A stretch of 64,000 nt of DNA, taken from Tetramitus jugosus. Taxonomy: Eukaryota; Protista; Heterolobosea. Below, piece by piece: positions 55,109 through 64,000 of the stretch. The DNA lies in the NCBI GenBank assembly GCA_937625935.1, contig OW569382.1:124001-188000 (forward strand). The letters run 5' to 3'. The position numbers and the translations under genes were made by a program. How positions within the stretch are numbered: the first letter of the stretch is position 1; each line of letters begins with the position of its first letter. The notes beneath the pieces are model-generated. The model saw only the letters and a list, made by a program, of their open reading frames with translations. It was not told where the DNA came from and did no database searches.

Positions 55109-57001
55109 TTAAACTCGCTTTCCTAACCAATGGCCAAGCACACCACACGAAATCAACAAGAGCACATATAGCCAGAATGATGCCTTGGTGATCACCATCA
55201 ACTCATTGTGGAAAGGAATAGGACATTTGCTCTTTGGAGCCTCCTCACTTCTGTTTGCAGTGCTGTCAACCTCCTTATTTTGATTCTTGAAGAAGGGACA
55301 TTGTGAAATATCGCCTTTCATCATATCGGGTGAATGTGCTGTTGGCATTGAGGGCATGGAGGGCTTTTCGCTTGGACTCGTGGTGATGCCTCTCTTCTTC
55401 ATGAGATATTTGTTACCGGTTGCGAAAGGACAACTACCAGTCTTGGCTTTCTCAATACAATCAGCTTCTTCTCTCTCTGTCACATGTGCCAAAACTGATG
55501 ATGAAAATTGTTTATCATAGGTCATGCCTCTCTCATTCACATTTTGAATCAGTGCACTCAACGTCTGTGGATAACTCTCCGGATTCTTGTTCACCGCACG
55601 CAGCACACGACCCAAATTATCACTGATAAAGTCCAATGCCCGATAACCATCATTGCTCTCAATATCGAGATCAATACCACAATACGCCAATCGATATGCT
55701 ATTCTTTCATGCTTATCACTAATCTGAACACCATTCTTGAACATTCTTTGAATCTTTGATTGAGTAGCATAGTGCAACGCAGAATCATTCATGTGATCCA
55801 CCATATTCAAATCCACCATGCACACATTGTCCATGAGAGACAATAGGAAATCAACAAATTCTTCGTGACCCAACGTTGCAGCAACCATGAGCGGTGAACA
55901 CCAAGACTTGTTTGCCCTGTGGTTCACATTGATTCCATGCTGAACCAGAATTCTTCCCAGTGATACACGATTGGTCTTTGCACAAATGTGAAGCGCATTC
56001 TCTCCTTCGCTATTCTCCACGTGGACATTGATATCGCGATGCGACAACAGGAATTTTAACATGTTTTCTCGGTCTCTGTTCGTTGCGGTTACACTTGCAC
56101 TCGCTCTCGAGTCTCTTCTACTATTGTTATTGCTATTGTTGTTGTTCGTTGATTGCTCACTACCATCCACATGATTTGCAGTCAAAATCGACTCGCAACA
56201 CAAGTGAACAACATGAAAATCAGCATATGCTCCACCTGCCTCACACTTTTCATTCAACGCAAACGACACACTGGGACAATGATCCAACAAGCACTGCAAA
56301 ATATCAAGTCTCTGATTCCGTACTGCCAATTGCACACTTGTGAATCCCTGATCATCAAACATGCTCGGTACAATGGTCAATGGAGCCAACAAGTGAACCA
56401 ACCTCAAATTGTTGAGATCGACGGCATAGTGCAGTGGAGTACGATGATGCGAATCCAATGAATTGAAAATATCGTCCATCAACAGTTCATCATCATTGTC
56501 GTCATCATCATCATATGAATGATGATAATGATGATGAACAATGTCATTTTCTTCGCTACGATCACTGTCGTCATTATCGCTGCGAAATGGTGTGACGCGA
56601 CTCGTGTGATGTAGCTTTTGAAATGTTGATGTCGTTGCATCATCATTACTACTGTGACTATGTGAATCATCATCATCATCGTGTTCATCATCGTGTTCTT
56701 CATCGTGTTCATCTGTCGTATCACTCACACTACTCAATGTCTTTTTCATTGTCATCTGATCACTCGACAATTGTTTACTATGATGATGATGATGATAACC
56801 ATTAAAGTCATCATCATCATCATCATCACTATCGGAATGTTGTTGAGAGAGACGACTATAGAGGTGATGAATCATGGATTCAACAGCAGATACATCTTGA
56901 TTTTGAACTGCGTGGAATAATTGTTGAGAAGTGGCAAATGGTTGTTGGTTATCTTGATTGGTATTATGTACAGGTGAGGTTGTGGTTGTTGAAGAGTGCA
57001 T
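55109..57001 (-). CDS. ankyrin-repeat protein with His/Asp-rich region, three CP motifs and C-terminal TM anchor
   Basis: HRTPLHYAV, GENALHICA, SPLMVAA, DSALHYA; GSCPF, SQCPFF, SKCPIPFH; terminal hydrophobic helix. Confidence 0.85.
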   Translation of the reverse strand: MHSSTTTTSPVHNTNQDNQQPFATSQQLFHAVQNQDVSAVESMIHHLYSRLSQQHSDSDDDDDDDFNGYHHHHHSKQLSSDQMTMKKTLSSVSDTTDEHDEEHDDEHDDDDDSHSHSSNDDATTSTFQKLHHTSRVTPFRSDNDDSDRSEENDIVHHHYHHSYDDDDDNDDELLMDDIFNSLDSHHRTPLHYAVDLNNLRLVHLLAPLTIVPSMFDDQGFTSVQLAVRNQRLDILQCLLDHCPSVSFALNEKCEAGGAYADFHVVHLCCESILTANHVDGSEQSTNNNNSNNNSRRDSRASASVTATNRDRENMLKFLLSHRDINVHVENSEGENALHICAKTNRVSLGRILVQHGINVNHRANKSWCSPLMVAATLGHEEFVDFLLSLMDNVCMVDLNMVDHMNDSALHYATQSKIQRMFKNGVQISDKHERIAYRLAYCGIDLDIESNDGYRALDFISDNLGRVLRAVNKNPESYPQTLSALIQNVNERGMTYDKQFSSSVLAHVTEREEADCIEKAKTGSCPFATGNKYLMKKRGITTSPSEKPSMPSMPTAHSPDMMKGDISQCPFFKNQNKEVDSTANRSEEAPKSKCPIPFHNELMVITKASFWLYVLLLISCGVLGHWLGKRV

Positions 57002-57165
57002 GTGGTGGTGTTGTTTTTGGTTGATGTTTTTTTTTCTTCAATTGCAATGGAAGAGTGGAAGAATTGGTTTGTTTGTACCGCCTACTTGATTGGCCTTCCC
57101 AAGTTGATGTCTAAGGCGTTAGGGAGTCATGTATTTCCTATTGCTAATTTGCATTTTTTTGACAA

Positions 57166-57576
57166 GTGATCGATTTCACAAATGAGGATATTGTGTTCTC
57201 CTTTGATGGACAGTGGTCCGGTGACCGTAGCTTTACAACTGACGAAGTAAACCCACTAAAGAAATTCAAAGATAACAGGACTTCGAAAACTGACCAGAAT
57301 TCGTCAAATTTCTTCCGATATCACTATCTCGGCTTTTCCGTGTTGAATACTGCAATACGAAGGAGACAATTTTGTACTCGATGGCAACAGAAGCCCCCAA
57401 TAACTGCCAACAAGAGGTGGTTCATTGGATTTGTTAGAGATATGAGTGATAGCGATCCTTTCGTGATGAGGAAGATTGCCAATGAAAAAGACAATCTAAA
57501 AGAAGAAATAAAATACAACATCCTTCCACAGGCGATGTTTATGCATATGGGAAGTTCTGCTGCAGATACTGCTTGA
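57166..57576 (+). CDS. probable terminal exon of a hypothetical gene (5' end unresolved)
   Basis: Protein-like 136-codon frame preceded by a branch-point/acceptor-like sequence; overlaps the aminopeptidase 3' end by 38 nt. Confidence 0.4.
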   Translation: MIDFTNEDIVFSFDGQWSGDRSFTTDEVNPLKKFKDNRTSKTDQNSSNFFRYHYLGFSVLNTAIRRRQFCTRWQQKPPITANKRWFIGFVRDMSDSDPFVMRKIANEKDNLKEEIKYNILPQAMFMHMGSSAADTA

Positions 57577-60430
57577 TATCTTCATAATTTTGCTTCATAA
57601 ATTGCTCATTAACCAGAATAGTCTCGAGAGCCTCGTCAAGTGATTGAGTCTTGTCTCGTGTTTCGAAAAAGCTCTTCATCTCATTGTACCTGGTTCTGGT
57701 CGAAAAATAAGCAGAAACACCCGTAACTAACCGACCACTCACAGTTCTTAGTCCTGCCTTATCAACAATCAACTGATAATATTCTCGCACAAAATCCCAT
57801 GTGATATCAGTAGCATAGGGATTTCTACTAACTTCTCTAATCAGGTACACAGTATCCTGAGAGCGAATAATTGGCGACAAAGACATTTCGAGAGTGCTCT
57901 TAACCAGTGCAGGATCCCTAGCGTGCGCCAGAGCATACATGCATCTTGAAACCTCGTTGAAGTCAGCTGCATTCGAAGCAGTCTTGAGTCTGTTGAGTAT
58001 CATATGATATCCTGCCTCTCCTTTCTCACGCACCACTGTTCTGTAGATTGACAGGCGAATGTCAGGCTCGATATTGTTCTGTTCCTCGTCGTTAGTAAAT
58101 TTTTCAAATCTATTCAATGCTTCTTCCCTTGCTGGTCCATATCCAGCACTTGTGATAGCAGAAAGCAAAAGAGGTCGCAATTTGATATCGTCGTTTGTGT
58201 CAGAGTCCTTTCTATCCCAACCAATCTGCTCATATTTCTGTTGTACTAAATCCACAATCAAACGGTTAAAGTTATTACTGATAGATTCCTTTGCGACTAA
58301 ACCTGAAATACGATTCAGATGAGACAACACAGCATCCCAAATAGAGAATGCCTTCTCACCCTTCAAAGACGGTACGACTTGCAATGCAGCAGTAATTGAA
58401 AGCTCGCTCGCAAAACCTAATGCGAAGACATCATCTACAACACCAAATCTATCACCAACGCTAAGCAATGGGTTTTGATCCTTGATTTCTTTGAACAGAG
58501 CAAGCCACAACTTTGTAGGGTAGTTGACTCGATAAAATCCTGTTTGTTTGGTGTTTAGTTTGATCCAGGTGCCGGCAGGTACAGTAAAGGCATTTGCCTT
58601 TGTGCGATCAATTAAATCAAATCTTGTCTCCTTTCCATCTGAAGACAGAGCAGAAACAGGAATCCACCAAACAGGAGATGTCTCATTTGTTTGACTGGAG
58701 GAGAATCTCTTTTGTTCAATCGAATACTTGCCGTCTGACTCCTCCTTAACGGAGATAAGTGGAAAGCCAGAGTTAGATGTCCAACTCAATAGTTGTTCCA
58801 ATTTAGGACCTCCGGACACAGTATCGACCAAAACCTGAAACAGTTGAGTAGTATCAGTATTCGTAAACTTATACTTTTCAAAGTAAGCTCTCATCCAGGT
58901 TTTGAATTTATCTTCTCCAAGGGCATTGTAGAGCATATAAAGGAAAGAACCACCCTTGTCATAGGTGATGGCATCGAAAATGGCCTCAATCTCTGATGGA
59001 CTATCAGCGCTGTTCACTATTGGATGGCTAGATGATAGAGCATCTGTAATGAGAGCTGGTTGAATTGAATTTGTCAACTTTGCTTGCCATCTGTTGAATT
59101 CAGGATGTACAGCATCAAGAGACAGCGTCTCAAAGAAGGTAGCAAATCCTTCATTCAACCACAAGTGGCTCCACCATTTTGCGGTAATATAGTTTCCGGT
59201 CCATTGATGAGCAATCTCATGAGCGACTACCTCGGCTCCCGATTCTTTTTGCGATTGAGTTGTAGTGTTATCAACAATCAAGTAACTGGAACGGAAGGTG
59301 ATCAAACCCCAATTCTCCATCGCACCAGCACGGAAGTCTGGAATACCAATCAGATCCATCTTTGGCAAAGCATACTTGACTCCAAAGTAATCATTAAAGA
59401 ATTTGGTAATCTTTCTTGCAACCTCCAACTGGAATCGTCCTTTCTCACCATCTCCTGGAAGTGAATAAACTCTAAATTGGATATCATCCTCACTTGTTTC
59501 AACAAAGTCAAACTCACCGATAATAAATGCAAGCAGATAAGTAGACATGGCGGGAGACTCTTGGAACAAGATCACACTGGATCCATCAGGAAGAGCGGTT
59601 CGTTGTCCCTCGGGCATATTCGACAATACACGAAGTTTTTCATTGGCAGCATCTTGTGCATTCAACGTAATGCTAATGGTAAACTTGGCCTTAAAGTTTG
59701 GTGCGTCAAAGCAAGGGAACGCTGTTCTGGCGGACTCGGACTCAAATTGAGTAGTAGCAATGAGCTTCGTGACACCTTCTTTTGTAACATAACTCTTGTA
59801 GAAACCTCTGAGATCATCTCTCAACTTAGCACTGTATGTGATTCGGAGAGTCAACTCTGCACCAACTGCAAGCACCTTTTCAAATCTAAGATACAACTTT
59901 CTTTGCTTGTTATCCAGGTTAAATTTCCTAAACATTCCGGATGACACAAATAATGATAAGTCCCACGTGTCAGTTTTAATCATAAAAAAATAACAACAAA
60001 AAACATTGACGTGAACAAAATCACGACAACATGACAGTGTGATCACAACGTACGTTAATTTGATCGATTTGTTTGAATTATCGAGCAACTGAACATTCTT
60101 ACTACCAAAATTCAAATCCTCAGCATTCAACACTATACATCGTGTCTCATTTTTCACAACAAGAAGAATACTGACTTCTCCCTCGAAGCTCTCAGCTGTC
60201 AAATTAGGTTTCAATGCCAACATGTATGACACTGGCATCACAGATGTTGGCAATCGATTCTCTGTCAAACCATCCACGATACACGTGTTGTACGACTTGT
60301 AGTTGTAGTGCACAGTAACAGAACCAACAATGAGAAGAATGACGAGAGCAAAACCAGAGACAGCTAGTGCAGCATAAAAAATGATACTCTCCTTGGATAG
60401 AGAGCTGTTGGAAGAACTCTTCTCATACAT
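57539..60430 (-). CDS. M1 family membrane aminopeptidase (APN/ERAP-like); intron 59928-60053
   Basis: GAMENWG, HEIAHQW...LWLNEGFA, YDKG, ERAP1-like C-terminal domain, N-terminal TM anchor. Confidence 0.93.
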   Translation of the reverse strand: MYEKSSSNSSLSKESIIFYAALAVSGFALVILLIVGSVTVHYNYKSYNTCIVDGLTENRLPTSVMPVSYMLALKPNLTAESFEGEVSILLVVKNETRCIVLNAEDLNFGSKNVQLLDNSNKSIKLTYVVITLSCCRDFVHVNVFCCYFFMIKTDTWDLSLFVSSGMFRKFNLDNKQRKLYLRFEKVLAVGAELTLRITYSAKLRDDLRGFYKSYVTKEGVTKLIATTQFESESARTAFPCFDAPNFKAKFTISITLNAQDAANEKLRVLSNMPEGQRTALPDGSSVILFQESPAMSTYLLAFIIGEFDFVETSEDDIQFRVYSLPGDGEKGRFQLEVARKITKFFNDYFGVKYALPKMDLIGIPDFRAGAMENWGLITFRSSYLIVDNTTTQSQKESGAEVVAHEIAHQWTGNYITAKWWSHLWLNEGFATFFETLSLDAVHPEFNRWQAKLTNSIQPALITDALSSSHPIVNSADSPSEIEAIFDAITYDKGGSFLYMLYNALGEDKFKTWMRAYFEKYKFTNTDTTQLFQVLVDTVSGGPKLEQLLSWTSNSGFPLISVKEESDGKYSIEQKRFSSSQTNETSPVWWIPVSALSSDGKETRFDLIDRTKANAFTVPAGTWIKLNTKQTGFYRVNYPTKLWLALFKEIKDQNPLLSVGDRFGVVDDVFALGFASELSITAALQVVPSLKGEKAFSIWDAVLSHLNRISGLVAKESISNNFNRLIVDLVQQKYEQIGWDRKDSDTNDDIKLRPLLLSAITSAGYGPAREEALNRFEKFTNDEEQNNIEPDIRLSIYRTVVREKGEAGYHMILNRLKTASNAADFNEVSRCMYALAHARDPALVKSTLEMSLSPIIRSQDTVYLIREVSRNPYATDITWDFVREYYQLIVDKAGLRTVSGRLVTGVSAYFSTRTRYNEMKSFFETRDKTQSLDEALETILVNEQFMKQNYEDIKQYLQQNFPYA

Positions 60431-60794
60431 GTTCTTCTTGTAATCTTGTACAATTTTTTTTCGTCTTGTTTTTTTGCTTTTTAGGGGCACAGGATCCTGT
60501 GATCTGGTAGATATTTCTCCGGTGGATGGTAGCAGAAATAATACAGCGATAGGTTACGATTTTTTCCAGGAAGAGGTTATTTTGGTAGTTCCCAACGTTG
60601 TATTGTATACAAATAGCTTTGCGATGGAACTGGAATTACAAATTTGTTCTGGAACTTAAGGGAAAAGGAAGAGATTCTACGGCATGTAAAAAGACACTCT
60701 CTATCGCTGGTCAAAACAATGTGTCTTCATGGACCATATTTTACCAGAGTTGACCCCAACAGTTTTCATCAACAAATCAAATACAATCATCAAC

Positions 60795-62186
60795 ATGCAC
60801 CACAAGGGCAAACTCTATTTTCTACTATCTCTTTTTATTTTTCTAAAGCTACTATCCAGTTCATTGACTGATTCATCAGAATCTGGATGCTATGGTCTCG
60901 CTGAGTCACACCAAGACAAGGTACACTGCAAGCCTTCAACACTGTCTGGTCTAAGTTTTTGTTCAGAAATGAACGGTAAGATAACAGATGAGGGTTTTAA
61001 TACACTCGAATTCACAGTATCCAGTGGTCAGACTACTTTGACTTCCACCTATGCCCAGGTGATGGATAAGTTGCTTCAACAGGTATTTTCAGACTTGAAA
61101 ACCTATCTCTCTGATACTCAACAAAAGAGAGGAGGTCAAGTATGTGAATCCTGTTTCTCCAAGTTAAAAACACTTGTGTGTGCCAATACCTTTCCTGCAT
61201 CAGGAATGCACAGTTGCATTGTTAACAATGTCATGGGCCGACTATCCAGTATTGATAAGAAGTGTGGCACTTCTCTTTGTGGATGCCCAGAAAATGGACT
61301 CTGTTCAGTTGATCAGTCAGGAGGTTATTGTAGCCTAAAGAGTCCTCCAACAGACTGGAAGAAACTTCTATGCTTGTTCACCAAGCTTCCAGATGTCCCA
61401 TCGTCAGTGAAGAAGTGCCACAAATACTTTACCCCCCTCAGTCAATGCATTGATACAATGTCCTCTTGTGGATGCCTCGACTCAAGTCAAGTGAAAAGCA
61501 TGTGCTCTCAAATTTTCCTTCCAGATGGAATTCTGGAGGTTGATCTCCCTTCTGGAGACTGTCAAAACACAACTGGCTGGTGTCAATCTCCATCGATCAA
61601 CTCAAGCCCAAGTACAACCGAATCAGGAGTTGTATCAAGATTACTAGATCGTTTCAGTGTAAGCCATATCTCCAACCGTATCCTCTCATCAATGTTCAAA
61701 GACCAACTGAAATTGAATAATCAGTTTGCTGTACAGGATACTGCTGTTGGAACAGTCACTGGACAACTAGTCTGTCCCAATCCGAATCTCTGCATCTCCA
61801 CTCCAGCTCCTCTCACAACTCCCTCTCTGGTAGGGCTAGCCAAACTGACAAAGACGAGTCAGCAAGTGGACTCGTCAACAACTAGTGAATTCACTAAAAA
61901 CATGGCATGTAGTGGAGCTGATGATACGAACTGTCCTCGAGGTTGTGCTAAATCACAAGCGTTAGCTTATGATCCTTCAGTAAGAATCGATGATGGATCA
62001 TGTGACAGAGATCCTCTGGTTTTAATGACATGGGGACAAAGAAATCTGCCTTGGATGATTGCAGTCTTTGTCATTGTGGTTGTATTCATTCTGCTGGTGA
62101 TCATCTTTGGTATTCTCTCGTGTTTCTTTTGTTGCTGCAAGACAGCCCTATGCTGTTGTTGCGCTCCAGCAAAAGTTATACTCTGA
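60795..62186 (+). CDS. Cys-rich type I membrane protein (Frizzled/folate-receptor-like ectodomain)
   Basis: Signal peptide after MHHKGK, many Cys (CESC..LVCANTFP), single TM, poly-Cys tail; an upstream in-frame ATG at 60729 is also possible. Confidence 0.7.
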   Translation: MHHKGKLYFLLSLFIFLKLLSSSLTDSSESGCYGLAESHQDKVHCKPSTLSGLSFCSEMNGKITDEGFNTLEFTVSSGQTTLTSTYAQVMDKLLQQVFSDLKTYLSDTQQKRGGQVCESCFSKLKTLVCANTFPASGMHSCIVNNVMGRLSSIDKKCGTSLCGCPENGLCSVDQSGGYCSLKSPPTDWKKLLCLFTKLPDVPSSVKKCHKYFTPLSQCIDTMSSCGCLDSSQVKSMCSQIFLPDGILEVDLPSGDCQNTTGWCQSPSINSSPSTTESGVVSRLLDRFSVSHISNRILSSMFKDQLKLNNQFAVQDTAVGTVTGQLVCPNPNLCISTPAPLTTPSLVGLAKLTKTSQQVDSSTTSEFTKNMACSGADDTNCPRGCAKSQALAYDPSVRIDDGSCDRDPLVLMTWGQRNLPWMIAVFVIVVVFILLVIIFGILSCFFCCCKTALCCCCAPAKVIL

Positions 62187-62505
62187 GAATGTATGACCCA
62201 TTCAATGCAACATTAGACCTGAATCGGTGCGATGTTCGCATGCTAGGAATTCCCAAATCTCGGAGCGAATAACACGTTTTATTAAATAGTCCGATCCGAT
62301 TCCAATATGCCGATGCGTATCTTTCTATTGTAAACTTGCCTCCAGTTGATGATTTTTTTTGTTGTAATAAGGTTCTCTCGTTTTTCACATGTGATTTTTT
62401 CGATGTTTTACGCCGACCGCTTCGAAAAACAACAACGATATTCGCAAGCTTTTTTTCACGCTCTGAAAAAACAAAACACAAAAAACACATAGACACATAT
62501 ATAAA

Positions 62506-63021
62506 ATGTTGGTACCACTCCTCGACACATACAATCCATTCTGTCCTCCTTCCGCTGCATTCTTCGGAATGATGGGTTGCGCTGCTTCCCTCGTTTTTGC
62601 TAACCTTGGTTCTGCTTACGGTTCTGCCAAGGCTGGTGTTGGTGTCGCTCACTTGGGTATCATGGACGCTAGATTGATCATGAAGGGTATCGTTCCAGTT
62701 GTCATGGCTGGTATCTTGGGTATCTACGGTTTGATTGTTTCTATCATTATTGCTGGTGGTATCAACGTCAAGACTGGCTATTCTTCATACAAGGGATATG
62801 CTCATTTGGCTTCTGGTTTGTCTTGCGGTTTGTCATCATTGGCTGCTGGTTTGTCTATTGGTGTTGTTGGTGATGCTGGTGTGAGAGCTTATGGTAAGCA
62901 ACAAAAGGTGTTCGTTGGTTTGATTTTGATTCTCATTTTCGGTGAAGCTTTGGGATTGTACGGTTTGATTGTTGCCCTGGTCGTTTCTATGTTGCAAAAC
63001 GGTCCAGACTGTAAACTCTAA
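62506..63021 (+). CDS. ATP6V0C: V-type ATPase 16-kDa proteolipid subunit c
   Basis: [52 protein letters not shown]. Confidence 0.96.
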   Translation: MLVPLLDTYNPFCPPSAAFFGMMGCAASLVFANLGSAYGSAKAGVGVAHLGIMDARLIMKGIVPVVMAGILGIYGLIVSIIIAGGINVKTGYSSYKGYAHLASGLSCGLSSLAAGLSIGVVGDAGVRAYGKQQKVFVGLILILIFGEALGLYGLIVALVVSMLQNGPDCKL

Positions 63022-63245
63022 ATCTGTTTTTTGAAAGAGAGAAACACATAAACATTTATCATCAACACACGGTTCGATGATATTCTACAGTAAAATTTGA
63101 TTTTCATCATGATTCACACAAGTTGGTGTTTGCATTCTTGTTTCCATTGTGGCGAACCACCATCACATCAAGTTTGTGTGATGGCCACAAGTTATCATTT
63201 ACTTTTTTCGTTCTTCTCCTCCTCATTTACAACAAAAAACACGTG

Positions 63246-64000
63246 ATGAAGATGGATGGAGAGACTAGTCAGCAGTATGAAAATGAGGTGGTTTCATCAT
63301 TCGACAAGACAACAATAATTCCTGGCAGCGAGACCACCAGTGGTACGATTGGAAATGAACAAAATTCACTCACACAGTACTGGCACAGAAGAACGATTAT
63401 TCTTCTCTTTCTGGGAATCATGGCAAGTTACTGTTGCGTGTTTACAGTGGGAATGACGAGCCCGTTGATCATGAAGGATCTTAATCTCAATGAATCCCAG
63501 TTGGCTTATATTCTTACCGTGGCCCGGTCAGTTAGAATCTTTCCAAAGCTCTTCTCTGGACTGATTGTGGACATTTTCGGTGGGCGAAACATGTTTTTGT
63601 TGAGTCATTTGTTGACTTGCTTGTTTACGCTCTTGTTCTCCTATGGACACTCTGTCGATTATTTGGCACTCATGTGGACAGGCAACAATGTATCGACCAC
63701 GCTTGCATGGCCAGCTCTCGTCAAAGTATCGAGCAAATGGTTCTCATACAAGATATTGGGCAAGGTGATGTCGATTCTGAGCTTGAGTTATCTGTTTGGT
63801 GATGCTATTGCGAAATTGTACCTCTCTGGCTTCATTTATTATGGTGTTGGGTGGAGAACATTGTTCCATGTCGCGTTTCTGACACTATTCACATTTGTGT
63901 TGATTGGCCAGTGGGGATTGAGAGCCAGTCCAAAGGATGTGGGACTCGCGGAGCCAGAAGTTGATCCATCCAATGTGTTTGGATCAGCTGGCAATAGTGA
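63246..64000 (+). CDS. MFS transporter, OPA/SLC37 (sugar-phosphate) family, 3'-partial (not in ORF track)
   Basis: KLFSGLIVDIFGGR motif A, WPALVKVSSKWF, GKVMSILSLSY; open to the window end. Confidence 0.8.
   Translation, partial: MKMDGETSQQYENEVVSSFDKTTIIPGSETTSGTIGNEQNSLTQYWHRRTIILLFLGIMASYCCVFTVGMTSPLIMKDLNLNESQLAYILTVARSVRIFPKLFSGLIVDIFGGRNMFLLSHLLTCLFTLLFSYGHSVDYLALMWTGNNVSTTLAWPALVKVSSKWFSYKILGKVMSILSLSYLFGDAIAKLYLSGFIYYGVGWRTLFHVAFLTLFTFVLIGQWGLRASPKDVGLAEPEVDPSNVFGSAGNS

Noticed and set aside
1-64000. tRNA genes, CRISPR arrays, intact transposase or reverse-transcriptase ORFs, alternative genetic code
   Set aside because: None recognisable by eye; TAA, TAG and TGA all terminate genes in this window

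Overview
Gene-dense eukaryotic protist DNA with about 40 protein-coding genes, short GT-AG introns and tiny intergenic spacers. The gene content and style suggest a Naegleria-like heterolobosean, which is an inference. Housekeeping genes include DDX27/DRS1, SAC3, a DIL-domain myosin, a P5B-ATPase, Rac, GPN3, NUBP1, an M1 aminopeptidase and V-ATPase subunit c. The main signal is two identical dispersed 5S rRNA genes (3813-3933 and 24896-25016, minus strand) sharing a 49-bp upstream block that appears to be an insertion hotspot for a non-LTR retrotransposon family. Two divergent, 5'-truncated CCHC-knuckle/C-terminal fragments are stacked upstream of copy 2, one with an A-tail and a possible target-site duplication, and a probable eroded third sits upstream of copy 1. 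Behind the copy-2 stack is a small accessory island with a standalone HEPN (RNxxAH) gene. Other observations: a highly structured, probably pseudoknotted ~315-nt ncRNA candidate at 52287-52602, an in-frame TGA inside the conserved C-terminus of PTRHD1, an unannotated 46-aa WH2 micropeptide, a CHZ-motif microprotein, an AF4/FMR2-like scaffold and a putative pseudo-elongase. All homology calls come from motif recognition by eye; no searches were run.
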